Assembly (NCBI RefSeq): GCF_009914755.1
Contig: NC_060928.1
Strand: one strand, 5' to 3'
DNA: 64,000 nt
From: the human T2T-CHM13v2.0 reference genome, Homo sapiens
A program made the translations under genes and the position numbers. Positions 1-14,100 of this stretch are shown piece by piece. The notes beneath the pieces are model-generated. The model ran no database searches, was not told the DNA's origin, and saw only the letters and a list, made by a program, of their open reading frames with translations. Position 1 is the stretch's first letter, and each line of letters opens with the position of its first letter.

Positions 1-1904
1 TTGTATTTTTAAGATCGTGTACTTGAAATTTAATTTCTATGTTTCTGATTGGTTTATATTTAAATAATCAAAAATACCTGTTTGCCCAGGTTTAATAGTT
101 TGATATTTTACATATACACACACATATACATATATAAGACATATGCAGGCAGACAGAAAAAAAGAGAATTATAGTACCAAACACATCAATAACAAATGCA
201 GATTAAGAAGCTTCAAGGAAAAATATAATCTAATATGATAATGAAAAGAATAATTTGCTTAATTTAAATTTTATTTGACATTTTCATTGCTAAAAGGCTT
301 GCATAGGCAGAGTAAAAATAAATTTCTATCATATTTTAGAAAATATCTAGAATATAGAGTTTATTGTCAAGGGCAGTTTCAAAATCCAAATAAATCCCTA
401 GATTATATAATAGCAAATTTCCAACCAATTCAGCCATGTAACCCATGAGAATAGATTTTCTCCAGAAATTTTAATGCTTCTTTATTAATTTCTGGAAGAA
501 AAATTCTAGGAATATATATTTTTTCTCTTTATCTATGTATTTGGTTCATTGTTTTCTCCTCCAAATGATGAGGAAAAAGTCTTTATGGTGCATTTCCGAA
601 ACAAGTGAAATGCTTGTATAGAATTGAGTTCCTGAAGCTGATAACACTGTAAACGTGTAGAGACTATGACTTTGAAGGAGTTCATCAGGTTTACATTTCC
701 AGCAATTGAAAGTATATGGATTTTACGTTGATGATAGAACAAGGCTTTAGAAATGTCACTGTGGTGTCTTGTCAATACTCAATACACAGTTGCCTCTACC
801 TCCCTTTCCCAGTGCCACAGTTCCTCCTTCTCACGCCTATCTTCTGGTGAAACATTCAAGTAAATGAATACTCACAATGAAGTCCTTGTGTAAAGCCTTA
901 TAATAGGCAGCCTTCTTATATTCTGGACTAGTTTCTGAATTCATGACTCCATGGATGAGTATCTCAAGTACGTGAACATCCTGAAGTTGTATTCAGCATT
1001 GAATGGGGATAAATTATTAAAGTCACCATTACATATTTGGATGGGAGAACACAGAGAAGGAAGTGTTATGTGATTTGCAAAATTGCAAAATTTATAAGAA
1101 CCCCAAAAACAATTTCCCAGGTAATATAAAGATATAAAAATATCTTGTAGTTTCAAGCAGTCTGTACTTGCATATAAAGTTTGTTTCTAACTCCTGTGAA
1201 TTTAAGAAAGTAAAGCATCTCACAAATACCAGGGTGGACTTTTGAACTAAACCTATTCTACTGGCTCTAAGCATTGAACAGAAGTATCTCCAAAGGAGGT
1301 CTGCCATGGAATCGACAATTAGCCTACTTACAAGATCATTAATGTCATGCTACAATGAAATATTTGAACATAAATAGCTATTTTTAAAAAGTCTCTAAAA
1401 TCATGCTGTTGATGCAGAAAGAGAAGTAAATTGAAATTCAATTAGTTTCTACTTTTAGAACTCTTTTAATTATCAGGTTGGGGAACCGTACCAATTGAAT
1501 CCCCATTCAATAGGGGCATGAATTTTTAGGACTCTCCTAAATTTCATGTACATATAAAATCTTTTGTGATGCGAAGCATTTGGAAGTATTGTTCACAAAC
1601 GGAAAATAACTAGAGCAATGTAAGCAGCACTTTAACACAGATTCTGTACTAACTTACCTTCAGAATCTGGGGTTTTACTTTACTTCATCATGTATACATT
1701 GCACATGTTCCAGCTCTCAGAACCTCCTGGAGTTTGGATTAACAGGAAGAAATAGATAAGCAGCAACTATCATAAATGTTCCTTATACATTTTGGCCTTG
1801 GGTCTACACTGATATAGACCGGTAAGTGTAAACGTTTCTTCATCTTACAGCTTCTTTACTTCACTGTTTTATTTTTTTTTCTCCTCCAAAAAGAAGCTAC
1901 AAAG

Positions 1905-2775
1905 AACCATTTTCAAAATATATAAGGAAACTCTACACATCAGTTTTAAAATCCCGAGCAATCCAATTGAAGAAAGTGACCAAAATATTTGAACAGGTAC
2001 TGCAAAGAAGAGAGTATCTAGATATAAATAAGACAATGAAATCATCTCTAGTCAATGAAAAATGCTCACTAAAACCACAAGTAGATTCTACTGCACTCAC
2101 ACAAATGGCAAAAAAAGCCATACAAAAAAAACCAACCTCAAGATTTATAAAAGATACGGAGCATCTACATTTTCTCATGTAATCTAGGTTAATAAAATCA
2201 TTTCAATAATCTTAGCAGCTGCTAATACATCTGAACATAAAGCACACACATCACCCAGTGGTTCTATGTTTAAATATATACCCAACATTAACTAACATAT
2301 ATTTAAGCCAAAAGACAAACATAGGACTGTTTTTAGCAGTATCATTCACAACAACTAAAAACAGAAAACAACCCACACATCCATACATAAAATAAAATAT
2401 CATACAGTGATGAAGAAGAACAAATCATTGAAGTATGCCACACAGTAATAAATTTCACAAACGTGATATGGACTCCCACAAATTCCAGACCCAAATAGTA
2501 AATACTTTAAAATTTAGCTTGAAAGCATTTAAAAGACAGGCAAAAGTAACCTTTGGTGAGAGGTCAAAACAGTGGTTACCATTGGAGTTATTGACTGAAA
2601 GAGGGCCCAGGAAAGCCTTCCAGGATGCCAAAGATGTGGTGTATTCTTAACAGTTATAACGGCATATAAATATGTAAAATTTATCAGGTTGAACTTTCAA
2701 GATTTGTTTTAAATGTATGTATGTATGCGATTTTGCATAAGCACATACACATGCATATTTTACTTCAATAAAAAT
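1905..2775 (+). mobile_element. Old L1ME-type LINE-1 3' fragment (end of ORF2 plus 3' UTR)
   Basis: Degenerate L1 3' motifs (atccaattgaagaaagtgaccaaaatatttgaacagg; gtatcattcacaacaactaaaaacagaaaacaaccc) ending in atattttacttcaataaaaat. Boundaries approximate. Confidence 0.75.
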
Positions 2776-3399
2776 GTCATGTACATACATTTCAAGCAAA
2801 TTTTTATATGCTTTGTATGGTTCTTAGTAATGTGTCAAGGAATTTTAGGTGACCAGTAGTTATTATTTTCTTCTCAACCAGTAGTCTGACACAATTAATA
2901 TTCTGAAATAACTACTAATCACAATAATAAGATATCAAAGAAATTAAAATGTAAGACAGACATACATTTTAATGCTTTGCTATTTCTACATAAAGGAATA
3001 TCTACCTTAAAAATTATTACAGAAAGCAGATAACATATTGTGATATATTAGCAAACAACAATCAAGATTTCAATGGGGCAAATGGCCACATTTGCTTAGA
3101 ATGAGTGGACAAAAACGTGTGTACATTCAAAAGTTTTGCATTAAGCCAGGATTATTAAAAAGCCTGAAATATTCCCAGGCAGGTTGGTATCATTTTAACT
3201 CACAAACAGCAATTGCAAATCTTCCTTCAAAAAAAATTCCAAATTTAGGCCCTCAGATTTGATACAAATTGAATTAACCCAAATATCAGGTCACAATAAA
3301 AGCTTATCAAATAAACAGACGAAAAAAAGGTAGGTTTTCTTCAAAACTTCTGATATTAAGTTTATTATATGTGGGTTTTACATTGCTTAATCTGAAATA

Positions 3400-4234
3400 T
3401 TTTTTAAAAAAACCATGAAATCAGGAAAATAAGACCGCAAGACATAGGTATAAAAATGACTTGGCATATTTGAAAATGAACCATATTCCATTTTGAGAAA
3501 TAAAAAGTATACTCATTGAAATAAAAATGCAACAGATTTGCTAGAAAACAAGCTAAACACCACAAAACAAGAATCAGTACTCAGAGGATATATATGAAGA
3601 AAGTACTTCGAATGAGTCTCAGAGGCATCAAAAATACAAAAGAATAGTTAAGAAACAGAAGAAAATGAGACTAAGAGAAGAAGAGATACTAGCTGAAAAG
3701 GACATGAATGTGCAGACACAGGAAACGCAATCCAGAGGGAAATTTCATAACTAAATCTGTTGTAGAATATCATAACTACAGAATGGTTATATCAGAACCA
3801 CAGGATATAAAAAAAATTCTTAAATTCAGTCAGGAAGAAAAGTCAGATTACCTACAATGTACAAGCTACAACCATTAGACTAAGGGTAAAGATCTTAACC
3901 ACAATATCAAAGTTTAGAGGAAAGTGGGAGAATATCTTCAAAGTTCTAGAAGAGAATAACTCTCAAGGCAGAATTATATACCCAGAAAAATAATTTTTTT
4001 CTAAATAAACATGATATAAGAACTTTTTTGTAAACAAAACTGAGAAAATATATCACCAACAGAGATTCACCAAAATAATTCCTACGTACTTCAATAAGAG
4101 AAAACACACATACATACACACTCACACACAGAGTCTGCAATAGAAGAGGGAAAATTGAACAAATAAATTGGTAAGCCTCAAGGTAAATATAAACATGTTT
4201 ATAAAATAATAGTAATTATAATAAAATAATAATG
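3400..4234 (+). mobile_element. Old L1M ORF1 fragment, continuing at ~10590-11080 after the Tigger and MLT1 insertions
   Basis: A-rich sequence with ORF1 C-terminal motifs (cagattacctacaa; gagaatatcttcaaagttctagaagagaataactctcaaggcagaattatatacccag; aaactgagaaaatatatcacc). Confidence 0.7.
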
Positions 4235-4899
4235 CCTTAGATTATTATTATTCTAGGTAATTATAGTCTGTAAAGTCACCATGAACACTAACATACTGGA
4301 AACTGAATCATTGTTCTAAGGGAAAATATAGGGTCAGTTTCTTTTTTTACTCCTTCCAAATTTTATTTTATCTTAAAGGGGTACATGGACTGGTTTGTTG
4401 CATGGGTAAATTGCATGTCACAGGGGTTTGGTGTACAATTTTGTCACCCAAGTAATCAGCATAATACTCAATAGGCAGTTTTTCAGTCTTCATGCTCCTC
4501 CCATCCTCCACCCTCAGGTAAGATGTGGTGCTGTTGTTCCATTCTTTGTGTCCGTGTGTACTCAATGTCTAGCTCCCACTTATAAGTGAGAACACACAGT
4601 TATGGTTTTCAGTTTCTGAATTAATTCACTCAGGATAATGGCCTCCAGCTCCATTCATGTTTCTACAAAGGCCATGATCTCATTCTTTTTTATGTCTGGG
4701 TAGTATTTCAAAGTGTATATGTACCACATTTTCTTTATCCAGCCCACCATTGATGAACATCTAGGTTGATTCTATGTGTTTGCTATTGCGAATAGTGCTG
4801 CAATAAACAGAGGCATTCATGTATCTTTACGGTAGGATTTATATTTCTTTGGGTACATACCCAGTAATGGGATTGCTGGGTCAAATGATAGTTCTCTTT

Positions 4900-5263
4900 T
4901 GATATGGATTGGCTGTGTCTCCACCCAAATATCATCTTGAATTGTAGCTCCTATAATCCCCACATGTTGTGGGAGGGACCTGGTGGGACATAGTTGAATC
5001 ATGGAGGCAGGTTTTTCTCATACTGTTCTCATGATAATGAATACATCTTACGAGAGCTGATGGTTTTATAAAGGGCAGTTCCCCTGCACATGCTCTCTTG
5101 CCTGCCACCATGTAAGATGTGCCTTTGCTCCTTCTTTGCCTTCTGCAGTGATTGTGAGGCCTCCCCAGACATGTGGAACTGTGAGTCCATTAAATGTCTT
5201 TTTCTTTTTAAATTACCCCATCTCAGGTGTTTCTTCATAGCAGTATGAAAATGGACTAATTCA
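4900..5263 (+). repeat. THE1 5' LTR
   Basis: tgatatggattggctgtgtc...gtatgaaaatggactaattca; contains a TATA-like ttttataaag and an attaaa poly(A) signal. Confidence 0.93.
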
Positions 5264-6878
5264 GCAAACTGGTACTGGTAGAGTGTTGCTGCTTTAAGGA
5301 TACCAAAAAATGTAGAAGTGAGTTTGGAACTGGGTAACAGGCAGAGGTTCTAACCAACTTTGGAACAGTTTGGAGGGCCCAGAAGAAGATAGGAAAATGT
5401 GGAAAAGTTTGAAACTTCCTAGAGACTTGGAGGACTCAGAAGACAGAAAGATGTGGCAAAGTTTTGAACTTCATAGAGACTTGTTGACAGGCTTTGACCA
5501 AAATGGTGATAGTGACATGGACAATAAAGGCCAGTCTGAGGTGGTCTCAGGTGAAGATGAGGAACTTATTGGGAACTGAAGCAAAGGTGACACTTGTTAT
5601 TCTTTAGCAAAGAGACTGTCGGCATTTTTCCCCTGCCCTAGACTTCTGTGGAATTTTGAACTTGAGAAAAATGATTTATGGTGGCCGAGGGAAGAAATTT
5701 ATAAGCAGCAAAATGTTCCAGAGGAAGAAGAGAATAGAAGTTTGGGAAATATGCAGTCTAATGATGCAATAGAAAAGAGAAACCTATTTTCTGGGGAGAA
5801 ATTCAAGCCTGCTGCAGAAAGTAACAAGGAACTGATTGTTTATCACTAAAACAATGGGAAAAATGTCTCCAGGGCATGTCAGAGACCTTCACAGCAGCCC
5901 CTCCTGGAGGCCTGGAGGCCTAGGAGGAAAAAATGGTTTTGAGGGCTGAGCCCAAGTTTCCTCAGCTATGTGCAGCCTAAAGACTTGGTACCCTGCATCC
6001 CAGCTGCTCCAGCCATGGCTAAAAGGGGCCAGGGTACACTTCAGATCTTGGCCCCTTTTAACCAGTGGCCTTAGAGGGTACAAGCCCCAGAGCTTGCCAG
6101 CTTCCACATGATGTTGAGCATGCAGGTGCATAAAAGTCAAGAATTTAGGTTTGGGAACCTTCACCTAGATTTCAGAGGATGTATAAACATACCTGAATGT
6201 CCAGGAAGAAGTTTGCTGCAGGGGTGGAGCCTCGTGGAAAACCTCTGCTAAGGCAGTGCAGAAGGGAAATATGGGGTCAGAGCCCCACACAGAGTCCCTA
6301 CTGCCTAGTAGGGCACTGCCTAGTGAAGCTGTGAGAAGAAGGCCACCATCCTCCAGACGTCAGAATGGGAGATCCACCAATAGCTTGCACTGTACACCTG
6401 GAACAGCCTCAGATGCTCAATACCAGCCCATGAAAGCAGCTGGGAGGGGACCTGTACCCTGCAAAGCAACAGGGGCAGAGCTTTCCAAGTCTGTGGGAGG
6501 CCACTCCTTGCATCAGTGTGACCTGGATGTAAAACATGGAGTCAAAGGAGATCATTTTGGAACTTTAAAGTTTAATGACTACCCTATTGGATTTTGGATA
6601 AGCATGAGGCCTGTGGCCCCTTTGTTTTGTCCGAGTTCTCCCAGTTGGAATGGCTGTATTTACCTAATGCCTGTACCTCCGTTGTATCTAGGAAGTAACT
6701 AACCTGCTTTTGAATTTAGAGTCTCATAGGTGGAAGGGATTTGCCTTGTCCCAGATGAGACTTTGGACATGGACTTTTGAGTTAATCCTGGAATGAGTTA
6801 AGATGGTGGATTGTTGGAAGGGCATAACTGTGTTTTGAATTGTGAGGACATGAGGTTTGGGAGGGGTAAGGGGAAGAA

Positions 6879-7241
6879 TGATATGGTTTGTCTCTGTCCC
6901 CACCAAAATCTTATCTTGAATTGTAGTTCCCATAATCCCCGTATGTCGTAGGAGGGATCCTGTGGGAGTTAACTGAATCATGGATGCAGGTTTTTCCTAT
7001 TCTGTTCTCATGATAGTGAATAAGTCTCATGAGATCTGATGGTTGTATAAAGGGCAGTTTCCCTGCACAAGCTCTCTTGCTTGCCACCATGTACAATATG
7101 ACTTTGCTTCTCCTTCGCCTTCTGCTATGATTGTGAGGCCTCCCCAGCCATGTGGAACTGTGAGTCCATTAAACCTCTTTTTCTTTTAAATTACGCAGTC
7201 TCAGGTATTTCTCCATAGCTGTATGAAAATGGACTAATACA
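6879..7241 (+). repeat. THE1 3' LTR
   Basis: tgatatggtttgtctctgtcc...gtatgaaaatggactaataca, a direct repeat of the 5' LTR. Confidence 0.93.
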
Positions 7242-7899
7242 TCTTTTAAGTTTTTTGAAATTTCTGAAATCTCAAAAACTCAAAACTTTCCACAGTGTCT
7301 AAGCTAATTTACATTCCAACTAGCTGTATATAAGCATTTAGGGTCAGATTTTTGAAAGCCTCTGGTCACAATATTCATCAACTAATCAATACATAACATT
7401 ATTTTATACATATTCGTGTTTAAAATGTCTTATTTGATATATTATTTTTACAAATAATTATATGTAATTATCTTTATAATAAAATAACTTTCCAATTGTA
7501 GCATTTTTTGTAACATACTCCACTGCACTGTGATTGTACTATTTTAACTCTTTTACTTGGTAAGACACACACATATACAAACAGTAAACATATGCAGTAT
7601 TCACAATAAATACACACGGTATGCAGGCACTGTATAGTACTCATATGTAGTAAACACACACAGTGCTGTGAACACATATTATACAAAAGGTATAATACAG
7701 TCGTGCAAATAAATTCCTGAAGAAACCCTTGAAATAAAAACCAAGCATTTACATTTTAGAAAAACATTAACTAACATTTTACTTTGAATTGAGCTACAGT
7801 ATGTCACAGGGCAGGATACTGTGGGGTTAACCTCTTAACATTGGCTTGCCCCAAAACCCAAAGGACAGGTTGGTGGAAGTTACTCTGCAGAAGGAGATG

Positions 7900-9736
<1,837 letters not shown>

Positions 9737-10035
9737 TCTAAACTGCAAAAATGCCAACAAAATGCATCAAAATGCCAAACACATGATAGTAAATAAACCA
9801 TAAGAAAGATACTTGTTTATAGTATGACTGTTAAAAAAAAAGCAGAGTGCAGTATTGTTCTCTCTTAGCTTGGAACATTCATATGAGATGACTCAAACTT
9901 TTTCCACATCATGCATGTTATTGAATTACTGCAAAAGCATTAGGAATATTGCTTTGGGGGTTACAAGTAAATTTAGCAAGTAGACAAATTTAAAAATATA
10001 TACTCTGAAAATAATAAGAATAGACTGCACTTCAT

Positions 10036-10582
10036 ATAGTTTCTATTTATTTTTTATCGTTGCTATAACAAATTACTGTAAGCTTAAAACTTACCACTTT
10101 CTTTTCTTACATTTCAAAGGATCAGAAACCAATGCACAGGAAGACTCAACCAAGTCCTCTGCTCAGAGCCTAATAAGAGTAAAATCAAGGTGTCACTTGG
10201 ACAAGGTGTCTTATCTTGAGGATCTGGGGAAAATTCTGCTTTCAATTTCTTTCAGGTTGCTAGGGGAATCCAGTTCTTTTATGTTATGCTTTCCAAACGG
10301 TCACCTCCGTCTTCAAGCTACCTGTGGCAGTCAGTCCTTTCCACACTTTGAATTTTACTGCCTGTTTCTTCTGTTGCTAGCCTGAGAAAAAATCTCTGCT
10401 TTTAAGAGTGCATGTGAGTAGATTAGGTGCACCTGTATAATTCAGCCATATCTCTTTATGTTAAAGTCAGCTGATTTATAATGTTTATGAAATCTGCAAA
10501 GCCCCCTTTGCCATATAACCTGTTTATGAGGGCAACATGAGGGTCCAAAATTTGTGGACATCAAAGTGGTTTTGACCACGCA
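10036..10582 (-). mobile_element. MLT1-family MaLR solo LTR
   Basis: tagtttct..gttgctataacaaattac, aaaatcaaggtgtc, gatctggggaaattctgctttc, gattaggtgcacctgtataat: typical antisense MLT1 motifs. Confidence 0.75.
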
Positions 10583-10589
10583 GTTTTAA

Positions 10590-11080
10590 AATCACAGAGC
10601 TAAAATATCATACAATAGCATTCAGGTTTAAAAGTTTATAAGACTAAAGGCTTTAGGTGTTACAGAGTTGTTAGGGAAATGTTAATGTAAATATTAAACT
10701 TCATTAAGTTTGGTAATACAGTTTCAAGGGTAAACATTAAGAGCAGTAAAAAAAAAAAAAAAAAGATTAGAAAACCAAGAAAAATCCTATCCTACCCTTC
10801 AATGAAGTAAAAAGAGATGAAAATATAAGACAGAGGAAAAAGAGGGAAAAGAATAAAGTACAAAAAATAAAGAGAGAAAAAAATAAAGCACATAATAAGA
10901 TTTCAGAGATGAGTCCAATAATATTCCAAATCAAAGGCTCACCAATTAAAACAAATTGTCAAGATAGATATAAAATCAATACAACTATGTATTATTTTCA
11001 GGAGATGAACTTAAAACCTAAGAATGCAGAAAGCTTAAAAGAAAAAGGATAGAAGGAAGAAATTCCAGATAACACTCAAA
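10590..11080 (+). mobile_element. Old L1M inter-ORF region and ORF2 start
   Basis: accaattaaaacaaattgtcaagatagatataaaa..caactatgtattattttcaggagatgaacttaaaa..gaaagcttaaaagaaaaaggatagaagg resembles the endonuclease N-terminus. Confidence 0.6.
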
Positions 11081-11084
11081 ACAT

Positions 11085-11154
11085 TAGTTTCCAAAATGTC
11101 AGTTTAGAAGCAAGCTGGCTCCACCCATCCTTGCACATGCACACACACACAGAA

Positions 11155-11188
<34 letters not shown>

Positions 11189-14100
11189 GAAAGAGAGAGA
11201 GAGAGAGGAAAGAGAGAGAGTGAGGCGAGGGTAGGGGGAAAACAAAAATCAAAAAACAAACAAACAAAAAAACACATTTACAGCACTGAAATTTTCACCA
11301 ACAATATCCTGGAACTCAAATATGAGTGAGCCAATTCCTGAGGCCAAAAAGAAATGAGAAAACTTCAAGCAGATAATAAGAGAATCAGACTTCTGTATGT
11401 GAGATAGCCTTCCCCACAGTCTGCCTGACACCAAGCACATGGAAAATTTCCCCCAACTTTTGATTTCTACACTAGAAAAATGAGATCAAGGTTGACAGTC
11501 AGCTTCTCCACCATCCTGGGTTCCCTGGCAAGAGATCCGTCCCTGCCTCAACCCAAAGAAAGCTTCAGGAGTACCTATAGGGAAAAATATCCCTGAAGAC
11601 AACAAAGATAAAAGGGGGAAGGCAAGACTATCATTCTCAGCCCTGGAAACTCTACAATTTAACACAGCCAAAGGAGACAGCCAATCAGAGTGACTCTTCA
11701 ACAGCATCATGATATAGGAAGTTTGTTCCACAGGTCCTCTGGGCACTAATCCCTAGCCAGCTTTCCTACATTACCAGGATATCCCCTTAAGGACTTCCTT
11801 CATTCAAAATAGGCAGAACTCTGATGGTTTACTAGACCCAAGGCAACCTTGTGCTTAAGGCACCACATATCAACAAAAAGGAGGCAGCAACATAGCAGAA
11901 AAAAAAAGAAAATCAACAAGTAAACACAAAGAATTTCTAAGCAAACATATTCAAGAGAAAAAGAAAACAAGCCAACAAAAAAGGCTTAAACAAATAAAGA
12001 ATCATTCAACCGAAAGACATAGATATACATTCACAGAAACAACAGCAAACAGGAAAGTATGACCTTCTCAAATGAACAAAGCAAAGAACTGATGACCCAT
12101 CCTAATGAGATGGTGTTATGTAAACTCTCTGGCCAAGAATTCAAAATAATGGTTTTAAGTAATCTCCATGATCTCCCAGATAACAAAGAAAAGCAATTCA
12201 GAAATCCATTAGAAAAAATTAAGAGATTGAAATGAGTTAAAAAATGTCCAACAGAAATCTTGAAACAGAAAAATATAATTGCCGAACTGAAAAATTCAGT
12301 AGAGGCTCCCAACAGCAAAATAGATCAAGCAGAAGAAAAAAATCAGTGAACTTGAAGACAGGCTATTTGAAAATACACTGAAGAGAAAAAAATGAAAAGG
12401 AACAAAGCTCATCTACAAGACATAAAAATTACTACAAAAGACTAAATCTAAGAATAATTGGTGTTCAAGAGCGAGTTGAGCAAGAGCAATGGGGAGAAAG
12501 CTTATTCAAACAAATTATAGCAGAAAACTTTTGAAAACTTGAGAAAGAGATAAATACCCAGGTAAAGGAAGGTCAGCAAAAACTCCAAACAGATTGATCC
12601 CAAATAAGAATACCCCAAGTACTACAATAATTAATTCTCAAAAGTCAGTAAGAAAGAGATTATACTATGAGCAACAAGAGAAAAGAGGCAAATAATGTAT
12701 AAAGGAGCGCTCCAATTCATGTAGCAACAGAATTCTCAATCAAAACCATACAGGCCAGGAGGGAGTGAAATGACAGTATTAACATGTTGAAAGAAAAAAA
12801 ACCTGCCATTCAAGAATACCATATCCAGCAAAGCTATCCTTCAAATATGAAGGAGAGATGAAGTGTTTCTCAGATAAACAAAAGCTGAGAAAGTTCACCA
12901 CCATAAGACAAGTTTTATAAGAAATGTTAAAGGAAGTTCCTCAATCTGAAGTGAAAAAACACTAATGTGCAAAAAGAAAACATTTAAAGGTATAAAACTC
13001 ACTAGTAAAATTAAATACACAAACAAAACTCAAATACTATAATACTGTAAGTGTGGTGTGCAATCTCCACGTAACTCTTGCGTGAAGTCCAAGAGACAAA
13101 TAGGTCAAAATAAGTAATAGCTACAGCAACCTGTAAGAGTTAGGTAATATAAAAATATGTAAGTCAGAACAACATAAAGTCAACGTGTTGGGAAAATGGA
13201 GTTAAAGTGTAGAATTTTATTTTTATTTTTGTTTCCATTCCTTGTGATCTAAGATAAGTTAGCATCTCTTTAAAATAACTTGTTATATCTATAAAATGTT
13301 TCTATAGGCCTCTTGGTAATCAAAATATGAAAATCTATAATATATTTGATTAAAATGAAAAGCAACAAATTAAAACATACTACAAGAGAAAATTACTTAA
13401 ACACAAAGGAAAACAGTAAGAAAGACAGAAGTTAATAAACATCCAGAAAACAACCAACAAAATGGCAGTGCTAAATCATTACTTATTGATAATAACATTG
13501 AATTTAAATAGTCAGCTCTCCAATTGAAAGGCATAAAGTGGCTGAATGGATAAGGAAACAAGACCCGAAGACATGCTGCCTACCAGAAATCCACTTTACC
13601 TATAAAGACACACATAAACTAAAAGAGAAGGGGTGGAAAATATATTCCATGAAAAGATATTTCAGATAACGGAAAGCAAGAAAAAAGCAAGAACAACTCT
13701 ACTTCTATTAGGTAAAATAGACTGCAAATCAAAGACTGTTAAAAGAGACAAAGAAGGTCATCACATAATGATAAAGGGGTCAAGCCAGCAAGAGAATATA
13801 ATAATTACAAATATCTGTGCATCTAACACCAGAGCTCCCAAGTATATAAAGCAAGCATTAATGATTACAAAAGAGAAATATTATGTAATACAATAATAGT
13901 AAGGGATGTAAACATCTCACGCTCAGTAATGTACCAGCTAGACAGAAAATCAACAAAACGCATTGGAGTTAAACTACACACTAGACCGTATAGGCCAAAA
14001 TATCATTTACAGATAATTTCACCCAACTCTCACAGAATACATATTATTTTAATCAGCACATTGCACCTTCTCCAGAATAGTTCATCTCTTAGGCCACGGA

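Larger units (their letters stand above)
4900..7241 (+). mobile_element. Full-length THE1 (THE1C-like) MaLR provirus: LTR-internal-LTR
   Basis: Two ~363-bp direct LTRs with TG..CA ends, a ~1.6 kb internal region, a polypurine tract gggaggggtaaggggaagaa (6859-6878) and a perfect 5-bp TSD TCTTT (4895-4899 / 7242-7246). Confidence 0.95.
4341..7338 (-). mobile_element. 5'-truncated L1PA13-16-type 3' end inserted in the Tigger and split by THE1
   Basis: Poly-T, then L1PA 3' UTR (ggggtttggtgtaca..gtcacccaagtaatcagcata). L1 sequence resumes at 7242-7338. TSD tagggtcagttt (4329-4340) / tagggtcagatt (7339-7350). Confidence 0.88.

Noticed and set aside
998-1511. 13-bp inverted match attgaatggggat / atccccattcaat about 500 bp apart
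   Set aside because: Short, with no TSD and no recognisable TIR; compatible with chance.
5369-5482. Tandem duplication of ggag..cagaaga..gaaacttcctagagacttg in the THE1 interior
   Set aside because: The copies are as diverged as the element itself and, as I recall, belong to the subfamily consensus rather than being locus-specific.
6256-6702. 148-aa ORF
   Set aside because: Lies within the THE1 internal region; a decayed MaLR ORF remnant with a non-ATG start.
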